From: Leucoraja ocellata
Taxonomy: Eukaryota
DNA length: 64,000 nucleotides
NCBI GenBank assembly: GCA_036785375.1
Contig: JAWMAR010000421.1
Location: 930,001-994,000, forward strand
Direction: 5' to 3'
Under the pieces are notes generated by a model that did not search any database, had not been told where the DNA came from, and saw only the letters and a program-made list of their open reading frames with translations. This document shows, one piece after another, positions 52,496 to 64,000 of the stretch. The translations under genes were made by a program, and so were the position numbers. Within the stretch, counting starts at the first letter, position 1. Each line of letters opens with the position of its first letter.

Positions 52496-55400
52496 ATACT
52501 TCAACTAAGTTGGGGCTATTTTCTTTGGAACAAAAAATGAACTGATTGATCTTCCCCTGTAACAGTCCTGACAATAGCATGGAGGCCCTTCAGCCCATCA
52601 TGAACCATGTTGATCAAGTGTCAATCTATACTAATTCAATTTACCAGCACAGATACATAGTTCTCTATGCCTTAGCATTTAAATATGTACATGATCATTA
52701 AATAACTAAGAGTATTTCTCCACCATATAAACCACCCTCTTGGTGAAAAAAGTATTCCTCCAATCCTCTGTAAACCTCTTTCCCTAAGCCTAACTTTAGA
52801 TATCTCTGCTGATAAAACGTTACCCACTATCTACCCTGTCTATACCCTGCAATTTTATATTTTGCTCCCACCTCTAACCTGAGCAAACCAAATCCAGTCT
52901 CTCTTAACTGCTCCCTATCCTTGTATCTCTGCACGTTCTCTAATGCTGTTCAATCCCCCTAGTGTTGTGACCAGAACTGTATGTGCACTAACTGGGAATC
53001 ATTTAGTTCTAGCCTTGTGTCTTTGTGAATTTCAGTTTTTCTCCTTGCCTCTGCAATTGACATGTCCTTGAAACCATCTCCTGTCCCTTGTTTAACCAAA
53101 ACAAGTGAACTGCTTCACAATTCTGAAGATTGCATTTCATTTGTCACTTGTGCCCACCTATTTACTGATTTTTGGGGCTGCAGCTTTGAACTTTCTTCTT
53201 TGGTAATCCTATTACCAGTTTTGGTATCAAAGGCAAACATCTATGCTTCCAGTCTAGAGTTTGTATCTGTCAAGAAAAGCAATAAGTCTATTACTGAATC
53301 ACATACCCACAACTCGTGTTGGTTAGTACCTTTTGACCAGTTTTTTACCACTTCTGTTATGAGACCAGCATGTTACTACTTTTCTCTAGAAACTTGTCAC
53401 ATGCTTTTCTAAAACCATGCCGGCTGCTTCAATTATGCTGCTCTCGTGAGCACTCCTTATAACCTCAAAACAATCATGTTGGGCAGAGTTTCTTCTTAAT
53501 AATCAACATTGACCATCTTTGATTAGTCAGCATTTCTCTAAATGCTAATTTCTGTTTGCATTTCTCCACATTTTTTGTACATTGATTTTGGGTTGACTGC
53601 CTGTGACTTATTTAAATTGAGTCTGCCTGATCAGCATTCTGGCATTAATGATGCTCCTTGATAGCATTGACTGGAAAACCAATTGGAGTTGATCCATACC
53701 AAACAGTGAAACCATCTAATACCTTTCCCCTTGATTGTTGTCCCAAAGAAATTGAATAAAGTGATTGCATATTGAAAGGCATTAAAATATAATGTTGGTG
53801 AAAGTAACATTTATTTTTAAAGTGAAAACAGCAAATATGACAAAATAGGTCGTAAATGGAGAAGTACCTGCAATTATGGTGTTATCCATACTGTTAATGG
53901 AGCCAGTGCCACTGATCTGTTTTGCACTAATCTATTACATGTTTTGACTAAAGGGAAATGTGAAGCATTCTGTAAAAAGTTACAATTTGAGCTGCAATTT
54001 CAAAGGTTAGTATGGTAAAACCAGTTCAAACTTCTAGATGTTTCACTTCTGTATGTTGGGCACAAAACCTACTAAAAGGTTATCTGCCTTAAACTGAAAA
54101 GAACAAGATTGTTAATCCTTGAACATTAAATTATTAATAGGATATGCAAGAATGAACTTACAAACAAACCTCAAGATACAGTGACTTTGGAAATGCTCCA
54201 ATAATCTTTTGGCAGTTAAAATGAAATATTCCCCTTTTACTACTTTCGGAAATAACTTTGCTGCTGTTTTATATTGATTGGTGCCTGGGGGAATGGGCAG
54301 GCAGTCACTATCACGATTGTTTTGTGTTTTTTTGGAGTTGTACAACAGTGACCATGGGGGAGGGGGGAAATTTCATATGGAACTTTCACCTAACTCATTG
54401 TACAAATATTAACTGCTTTCTTTCATAGCGACACCTAGCTTTTTTCACTGCTAAAACCTACCTCTTCCTTGTTCATGTGATTTAATTTATTTCACCTCCT
54501 GGCATTGCTGCCAACTATTCATTAAACAAACTACTTTAACCCTTGATCACTGCTCTTTCTAATTCAGGAATATTGAATGGGGAAACTAAGTCCTATTGCT
54601 ACGTCCTACTGTTACTGTGCATTCATCCCACTCCCAGACAAATCTGTGAATAGTTTGTCCTGATCTCTGATTACAGAATTGCTATTAATTTCATTACTCT
54701 TCATCTCAGCAGTTTGTGTAAATGATGATTTCTGATCTCAGCACCACAATTTATTTGATAATTTGCAACTGTCTCTATTTAATCCTGTAATTTTAGTTTA
54801 TTCCCAACCAATTGTGTTCCAAGATTTTGTAAGAATTAACAGACAGTATCAACTGCTAACTGCTTAGATTTTGGTCCTAGTATACTCCCAGGTAAAACAT
54901 CTGATCACAAGCTTAAAAAAACTTACTTTTTTAAAAACTGAGGACATGATGGAAAGTTTAAGAACTGAAATATATTGCAATTTGACAGTAAATAGCTCAC
55001 TGCAGTGGTGAAAAATAATCCCTGCCTTCATGTTAGGTTTATTTTCACATGTAGGAAGTTGGTGAATGATATTTAATTTCCTTGTTACTATAGTATTCCC
55101 GTAGGTGTAACTATACTCACTGCAATTTAATCTGAAGTTTAATTTCAATTGCCAATTTTTGTGCTGGTGCCTTTTCTGTCACTGGTATTTGGGGACATTT
55201 CCCATTGCTCCTGCTTGTCTCCATCTCAACTGTCTCTGACGACAACTAACTAATTAGGTTGGGGGGGAGGGAGGAGAGGAGAATGAATAGTTCATGTGGC
55301 AGGTAGTGTTATATTAAAACTGAGGTGCAAATTGCAGCATTGCTCAAACCAGGCCAATGTTTAAATGGGAGTGTTGGAGTTTCAGGAAACCCTATACAAT

Positions 55401-56888
55401 AAACATTCTAAAACGGGGAAATATGGGAAAAAAAACATTTAAATAAAATGGTATTGGTGTCCTTCAAATCTTGGTATTGTTGTAGTGGTTTGCAGTTCAA
55501 TTACAGATATACAAGCCAGACAATAGCAAAATAATCACTAATTGGAAAGACAAAACCATGCACATATACTGTGAATGTTTTTGATAAGAAATCTGCTTCA
55601 AGGACCCATGAGCTGTTACTCTTGTAATATTGTAACCTCCTACAAGAGGACAGCATGAACATTCTTTTTATAATTAGTTGCAGATGTCCAACTGGAGAAT
55701 CCTAACACTAATATTATATGTTAACATAATTCAACCTGAATAATGCAATGTCAGTGTCGATCTTTTTAAAAATATAGAATTATCATTTTATTGCTCAAAG
55801 CAAAATTCTGTCCCAGGGAATGTTGATGGTGCAGCTGCTGCTAGGTTTCCATAGCCCTCATAGCTTCAACCTATGCAGCAGAGATTGAGTGGATGCTATT
55901 TTATAACTATTTTACAAAAAAACATTCTCATTGCTAATTGTAGTCTCTTTCTGTTCCTACCCTGACCACACACACACACAATCTGTATCAAGTAATATCC
56001 TTGACAAATATTCTGCTCAACCACCTGCCAATGGCACAGAAAGTAACCAGGACAAGAAGCTGAACAATAGTGATGGATAACACATCTCAGTGGTATCTCA
56101 CACTCTATTTCATTGTTAATCAATTGAAAACATGCTTGATTGTGGAGCTTGTAACTGTCTGCCCACTATGTATCTGTCCACTATGACCAATGGATTTTGT
56201 GATCTCCATTGCAATTCTGCCAAGGATTATTTATTACAGTGACAAAACCAATTTTGTCTTCCTCAGAATTTTATTAATAGCAGATGCCCTCAATAGTTGG
56301 CATGCCACCTACTTGGGACTTCCTTTGTGTCTGATGTTTGTTTCAGCACAATACCTATTCTTATGGTTTATTTATTGGACAGTGTGATCTCAATACAACA
56401 TGCAGACAAACCTGTCAGGAAAACTCATCCTCATGGCAAATCCAAACATGAATATTAAAGTCAGAGATTCAATCTGACCCCAGAATAATTCATGATGATT
56501 TGAACATAAAGATAAAGGTGGATATAGTCATTCATTTCCCCTTCAATATCTTAAACTATTTGACCCTGCAGTCCTTTTGGGGGGCCAGCTGACCAAACTA
56601 TACACTGCTCCTAATGCGCTTAAAAGACTGAACCAGAATGGTCAATTAAGCTGTGGCTACAATATTATTAATATTCTTAACTGATGCCACTCATTCAATG
56701 CCATTAGAATTAAGTGACAATAAAGTCATTAATACAAATTAATGTCAACGCAATGTTTGCTAATTTTGTTATTGCCTCAATCGTAAAATTGTATTTACAA
56801 CATTCAATTCTGCTGCTGTGTGATTGAATCATTTCCCTGACACCTTAGGTTACAGTGCATGAATCATTGTTGGTTTAACCCTGTACTA

Positions 56889-58531
56889 CAGTGCCCTTCC
56901 TAATGTTTGGGACAAAGACCCATCATTTATTTATTTGCCTCTGTACTCCACAATTTGAGATTTGGAATAGTAAAAGGTCACGTGGTTAAAGTGCACGTCA
57001 GATTTTATTAAATACCATATTTATACATTTTGGATTTACCATGTAGAAATTACAGCTGTGTTTACACATAGTTTCCCCCCCCCCCCCCCCCCCCCCATTT
57101 CAGGGCATCATAATGTTTGGGACACATGGCTTCACAGGCGTTTGTAAATGTGTTTAATTGTCTCCTTAATGCAGGTATAAGAGAGCTCTCAGTCTTTCCT
57201 CCACCTTTCCATCACCTTTGGAAACTTTTATTGCTGTTTATCAACATGAGGACCAAAGTTGTGCAATGAAAGTCAAAGAAGCCATTATGAGACTGAGAAA
57301 CACGATTAAAACTATTAGAGACATCAGCCAAACCTTAGGCTTACCAAAATCAACTATTTAGAACATCATTAAGAAGAAAGAGAGCACTGGTGAGCTTACT
57401 AATCACAAAGGGACTGGCAGACCAAGGAAGACCTCCACAGCTGATGACAGAAGAATTCTCTCAATAATAAAGAAAAATCCCCAAACACCTGTCCGACCGA
57501 TCAGAAACACTCTTCAGGAGTCGGGTGTGGATTTGTCAATGACCACTGTCCGCAGAAGACTTCATGAACAGAAATAGAGGCTACACTGCAAGATGCAAAC
57601 CACTGGTTAGCCGCAAAAATAGGATGGCCAGGTTGCAGTTTGCCAAGAAGTACTTAAAAGGGTAACCACAGTTCTGGAATAGGGTCTTGTGGACGGGATG
57701 AGTCGAAGATTAACTTATGTCAGAGGGATGGCAAGAGCAAAGTATGGAGGAGAGAAGGAACTTCCCAAGATCCAAAGCATATCACCTCATCTGTGAAACA
57801 GTGGTGGGGGTGTTATGGCCTGGGCATGTATGGCTGCTGAAGGTACTGGCTCACTTATCTTCATTGATGATACAACTGCTGATGGTAGTAGCATCATGAA
57901 TTCTGAAGTGTCTCGACACATCCTATGCTCAAGTTCAAATAAATGCCTCAAAACTCATTGCCCGGCAGTTCATTCTACAGCAAGACAGTGATCCCAAACA
58001 TACTGCTAAAGCAACAAAGGAGTTTTTCAAAGCTAAAAAATGGTCAATTCTTGAGTGGCCAAGTCAATCACCCGATCTGAACCCAACTGAGCATCCCTTT
58101 TATATGCTGAAGTGAAAACTGAAAAGGACTAGCCCCCAAAACAAGCATAAGCTAAAGATGGCTGCAATACAGGCCAGGCATAACATCACCAGAGAAGACA
58201 CCCAACAACTAGTGATGTCCATGAATCGCAGACTTCAAGTAGTCACTGCATGCAAAGGATATGCAACAAAATACTAAACATGACTACTTTCATTTACATG
58301 ACATTACTGTGTCCCAAACATTGTGGTGCCCTGAAATGGGGGACTATGTGTAAACACTGCTGTAATTTCTACATGGTGAAATCAAAATGTATAAAAATGG
58401 CCTTTTTTTAAATCTGACAATGTGCACTTTAACCACATGTGATATTTTTCTATTCCAAATCTCAAATTGTGGAGTACAGAGATAAATAAATAAATGATGA
58501 GTCTTTGTCCCAAACATTATGGAGGGCACTG
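56889..58531 (+). mobile_element. Full-length Tc1-family DNA transposon (1643 bp) with IR/DR-type TIRs
   Basis: TA|CAGTG...CACTG|TA. TIRs of ~230 bp with outer and inner repeats of taatgtttgggaca; internal transposase remnant. Confidence 0.95.
57246..58277 (+). pseudogene. Inactivated Tc1 transposase (DD34E)
   Basis: Paired-like HTH (RDISQTLGLPKSTI), GRPRKT linker, VMAWACM, and FILQQDSDPKHTAK...WPSQSPDLNPTEH with 34 residues between D and E; ends KGYATKY*. Several stops and frameshifts. Confidence 0.92.
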
Positions 58532-58802
58532 TAGCTGAGCTTGGCAGTGCCGGCAAACTTTTATTTCAGAAAAAGTTAATTTCTGAGTCTGGACTTACAC
58601 CTTCTCATTTGATTAAATTAAATACTTTGTCTTAAATACCATACAGAAAATCCCATGAGGCTGACAGGTTGCCAGTATGCAATGTCCACATTAGGTTCAG
58701 TATCAAAGTTTATTTTCAAGTTATCTTTGAGTTTCAGCATATTTTAGGGCAAAAAGATTGTCTTCTCTGCCATTTCTCGTGAGCAACAGGCTGATGTGTG
58801 GA

Positions 58803-59171
<369 letters not shown>

Positions 59172-59852
59172 TTAAGAGATTGTCCTTGGCTAAAATGCAA
59201 TAGATCCTTAGATAGGCAAACATTCAAACTGAACATTTAGATTCAGAATGGTGTTGACTTAATTAGTAGCCAAAAATTAGGAGAAATAGGAACGAGGCCA
59301 CAATCCTACAGTACAAGGTTCTTGCTCCATTCTCCTAGTTGACTGCTGGGATATGTGGAAAAGGTCAGAGCCACTGCCGCAACTGTGTAAAAACTGGGCA
59401 TCAGATTCTGGTCAGAGAGTCAAGAAGTGAATGGAACCTTGCGTCATCGTTTTTATATTTTAACAAGAGAAAGTCACTACAATGATCAGAAAAGTTGATC
59501 CAAGGACTTGTTCAATACAAGTCTTAAGTCTTTTGATATCCTGAACCTAAAGTAAATTTCACATCTGCGCGGATCCTGGTCAATTAGGGGATGAGACAAT
59601 CATGGAACTAATTATGGGTCAAGACCATGGAGTCTGTAAGAACCCAATAAATAATGGGTTGAAATCAAAATACCAATCTCTAAAAATTCACATGAAGTAG
59701 GGTGGAGATAATGGAGGCAGGGTCTGCAGGAATGTGAGGTGGGTGACTGGAAAGATGATAGAGATAAGCGTGGATAAACAATGTTTGACCATAATATTAC
59801 CCTTAGAATTATGACATGTGCAGGATAAATGCAGAAAAAAAATTAAATATTA

Positions 59853-60131
<279 letters not shown>

Positions 60132-60160
60132 CTAAGAAAGCAGAAAAACATAAAACTGTA

Positions 60161-60343
60161 GGTACACAAAAAAGCTGGAGAAACTCAGCGGGTGCAGCAG
60201 CGTCTATGGAGCGAAGGGAAAAAGGCAATGTTTCGGCCCGAAACGTTGCCTTTTTCCTTCGCTCCATAGATGCTGCTGCACCCGCTGAGTTTCTTCAGCT
60301 TTTTTGTGTACCTTCGATTTTCCAGCATCTGCAGTTCCTTCTT
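60161..60343. mobile_element. Fold-back Penelope-derived insertion forming a ~75-bp-stem hairpin
   Basis: Arms 60160-60235 and 60238-60313 are near-perfect reverse complements around tttcggcccgaaa. 16-bp TSD aaaacataaaactgta at 60145-60160 and 60344-60359. Confidence 0.85.
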
Positions 60344-60989
60344 AAAACATAAAACTGTAATGTTTTATACCTCAGTGTGCAGTGCAATTGTGCAGTGTAA
60401 ACATCTTCAATTGTGAACTTCAGCAAGAATCCTTGATCTGGAACACTGACTTACCTCCTCTCCTAGAGTACGCAAAGCACTCTCGATGTGATTTTATTCT
60501 CACATCTTACCCAATTACACTATGCAATAGGACCAGATGCCTCTCTGATACGATCAACAATACCCATCTCTGCTCACTTTAAAAATGTCTTCTGCCCTCT
60601 CTCCCTTTCTCACAATTTCATATGAATTTTCCCAGTCATACAGTCCACTCTCACTTCCTGACTACGACAGCCAGTTATAGTTTCAGACGGTGCCATTTTC
60701 TGCGGTGATCATACTGGGACTCAAGTTTGTCCCGGTAATTGTCTCTTGACATCCTTAATAGCTTTACAAAGAACATAGTGAGCTTTCTTGTAACGCTCGA
60801 GATCGTTTGACTTATGACAGTTGTTGGGGACATGCTGAACCTCCTAAGCCGTCTAAGGAAGAAGAGGCGTTGGTGTGCTTTCTTGACCATTGCTTCAATA
60901 GGGTTATAATAGGACATCAGGCAACATCAATGGTGATAGTGCAGCCCTGCCTAATGTGCAGTGCTTTCTATGTTCACTTGAGCAGAAGG

Positions 60990-62365
60990 CCAATAGGGCT
61001 ATGACATCTGTCCCATCAGACTCGTGTGCTCTTCCAGGGTCACTGTTGCAGAAGTTAGACTGGCCTTCCTGACGGTGAACCCACGGAAAACAGCTGGCCC
61101 GAGCGGAGTTCCTGGTCGTGTCCTTAGAAACTGTGGCTCATCTAGCGGGAGTATTCACGGACATCTTTAATCTCTTCCTTCTCCATTCTGAGGTACCCAC
61201 CTGCTTCAAGAAGGCCACTATCATCCTGGTACTGAAGAAAAACAAGATTTCATGCCTTAATAACTACCGACCAGTGGCCTTGACATCCACCATCAAGAAG
61301 AGCTTGCGAGGCTATTAAGAAACGCATTAAATCCAGTCTACAAAGCAGCCTTGACCCACTGCAATTGGCCTACCCCCATAACAGGTCCACGACTGATGGC
61401 ATCTCCCTGGCCCTATTCTCATCACTGGAACACCTGGATAAGAGGCACACTGACATCAGACTTCTATTCATAGACCACAGCTCAGTTTTTAATACCATTA
61501 TTCCATCCAAGCTCATCTCCAAACTCCTGGAACCTATAGTCATCCCTCTAACTGGATCCTCGTCTACCTGACCAACAGGCGACAGACAGTCAGTGAGGAT
61601 AAGAGACAAATCATGCTCTACAATAATCCTCCACACTGGTGTTCTCAGACCCCTTCTTTATTCCTTATACATCCATGACTGTGCAGCCAAGTACAAATCC
61701 AATTCAGTTTACAAATTCGCGGACAACTCCACCGTAGTGGGCCGGCCTTCAAATAATGACGACATGGAGTACAGGAAGGAGATTGAGAACTTTGTGACCT
61801 GGTGGCAAGACAACCTTTCAATGTCAGCAACACAAAGAAGATAGTGATAGACTTCAGGAAGCAAAGCAGTACGCATACATTGACGGCACTGAAATAGAGT
61901 TGGTTGAAAGCTTCAAGTTCCTAGGAATAAATATCACCAGCAACTTGTGTTCGGCCACCCAAGAAAGCACACCAATGCTTCTATTTGTTTAGAACTTGTT
62001 TAGGACTTTCAGCATGTCCCCAACAATCTCCGCAACTTCTACAGATACGCCATAGAAAACATTTTATCGGGATGCATCACAGTATCAACTGAACCATCCT
62101 ATCAACAACTAGAGAGCGGTCCTGAGCTACTATCTATTGCTACTTTCTATTGAGCTTCTATCTATTGCAATCTGGCACTACTGACCTCATTGGAGACCCT
62201 CAGACTAATCTTTAATCAGACTTTATCATGCACTAAATGTTATTCTCATTATCATGTATCTGTACATTGTGGACAGTGTGATTGTAATGTATAGTCTTTC
62301 CGCTGAGTGGTTAGCACGCTAGAAAAAGCTTTTCACTGTACCTCAGAAACAATAAACTAAACTAA
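60990..62365 (+). mobile_element. Rex1/Babar-like LINE with decayed RT (minus-strand fragments at 60640-60900)
   Basis: LAGVFTDIFNL...VPTCFKKATII...NNYRPVALTS, RLLFIDHSSVFNTIIP and PLLYSLYIHDC...YKFADNSTVVG; (AAACT)n tail. Confidence 0.87.
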
Positions 62366-64000
62366 TTTGTCCTGCCTCACTTCCATTCCTGCTCATTCAT
62401 TCCTCACCACAACTAGTTGAAAAAGAGTCCTGACCCGTAATGCCACCTATCCAAGTTCTCCAGAGATGCTGCCTGACCCGCTGAATTATTCCAGCACTTT
62501 GTGCCTTTTTTTGTTGTAAACCAACATCTGTAGCTCCTGATTTATCCTTGGAAACATAACATCTAGTCTCTTCAGCTAAACTGTTGATGTCAATTGTGAA
62601 TAGCTGGTGTCCAAGCATCAAACCTGCCCCAGCCTGCTCAGCTGAGAAGCATCTTATACCTATTCTATGCTTTCTGTTTGATAACTATTTCTTAATCCAT
62701 GTCAGTTCATCACCCCATTTCTGTGTTCCCTAACCTTGTTGACCAACCTGCTCCGTGGATCATTATTGAAAGCCTTTTGTAAATACAAACAGGTCATATC
62801 CACTGGTTCACCGTATCAATTCTACAAGTCATAAATGCAAAGTACCCCTATAGATTTTCATTTCATAAATCCATGCTGACACTGCTTGGTCCTTTTATTC
62901 TTTTCAAGCTGTTCTACCTTATATCCTTCAGTGAAAACACCATGTTGCACCTAACAGGTCAGTAATTATGTGCTTTCTGTGTCCTTTACCTTTTAAGTAA
63001 GACCTCCACAAACATTACAAATGTAAGACCAAAATAATTTGACATCAGTGATTTCCCTGGTTTTGTGGGCTAACGGGACCTTCAGCTGTGCTGTAATGTA
63101 TTTTGAGTGGTGGGACCCACATAATCTCAGGACCTGCCAAAACCAACAGCAATAGCCATAAAGATTGTAGCAACTTTAATAAGGGAAACACCCAAAGATG
63201 CACTGCTGAAGCATGCAGTGAGCTACATAATGAGATCTAGGGGGAAAAAAGCTTAGTTAAACAGATAGATTTAGAGCACATCTTAAAAGTAGAAATGAGT
63301 TCAAGAGGATTGGAGAGGAAGCACCGAGTTAAGACTTTAGAATTTGAAACCATTAACTCGGTAACAGAATCCCCTGTTATTGGCTCTAGCCTTCTTGATG
63401 TCATTTAAAATGTGCTCAAAATCCATCTAAGTCTATCTTTATGCTGTGTGTTTATGGGAGAGCGATGGGTGGGGACTTCACACAGCATCTCCCATTTTTC
63501 TTTCAAGGTTTGTGTTTGATCACTACGTCCCCAGGACGTCCCAGTCCATGTTCATCTCTCAGTGAGCTTGGCCATAACACCATCACTGAGTGCGTAAGAG
63601 ATGCATACATATACAAACAGGTAATAAATAAACACAATGAGATTGAGAGAAGCAACGGAAAAAACATACATAGTGCATCCTGATGCGCAGGAAGCACAAG
63701 GGGCAGCTTACCAAGCTCGGGCTGTTTCTATAACAAACATCACAAAGATTTGTAGCAAACTAGCAACATTTCACACTTCAAAACAAACCCATTATTTTAC
63801 ACGTAAAAACATTGAGTGACAGCTGTAAAAATTCAAACATACGGGAAGTGAACTTTACAAATAATATTTGAATAATGCAGAATAATGACTGAAAGAGGGA
63901 AAGAACTACTCCTGCCCCCTCCAGCTGCCCCTCTGCTACTGACAGTAATCCGCAGAAACTTCCTCCAAGCTCCAGAAATGGCTGGAAGGGAAGAAAGAGG

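Noticed and set aside
60813-62030. ~70-bp inverted repeat pair 1.1 kb apart
   Set aside because: Explained by two opposite-orientation fragments of the same Rex1/Babar LINE family, not by transposon TIRs.
63712-63727. Possible 16-nt MEGF11 micro-exon on the - strand (ttatag|AAACAGCCCGAGCTTG|gtaagc)
   Set aside because: The splice-like flanks may be chance, and I could not match it confidently to known MEGF11 sequence.

Overview
Vertebrate genomic DNA, most likely from a cartilaginous fish such as a skate or ray (inferred from the repeat content). It holds three genes in the order I recall for human 15q22.31: the 5' part of DENND4A (- strand; probable non-coding exon 1 at ~18.5-18.7 kb, two coding exons at 0.4-3.4 kb), a complete five-exon RAB11A (+ strand, 25.1-51.1 kb) and the last two coding exons of MEGF11 (- strand, 58.8-60.1 kb). 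The rest is intronic or intergenic and rich in transposons: Penelope-like elements (PLEs) and their short fold-back derivatives with hammerhead-like cores, CR1, L2 and Rex1/Babar LINEs, V-SINE/HE1-like SINEs, a full-length dead Tc1 with IR/DR ends, a Tigger-like MITE and a non-autonomous Helitron. Three signals suggest assembly or consensus errors: a near-identical 5.85-kb duplication flanking a 200-N gap, and single-base homopolymer frameshifts in RAB11A exon 5 and in the penultimate MEGF11 exon. I found no convincing new protein-coding system. The most unusual biology is the set of PLE-derived hairpin insertions with target-site duplications and a probable GC-AG intron in MEGF11. All family assignments are by eye and from memory; no database searches were run.
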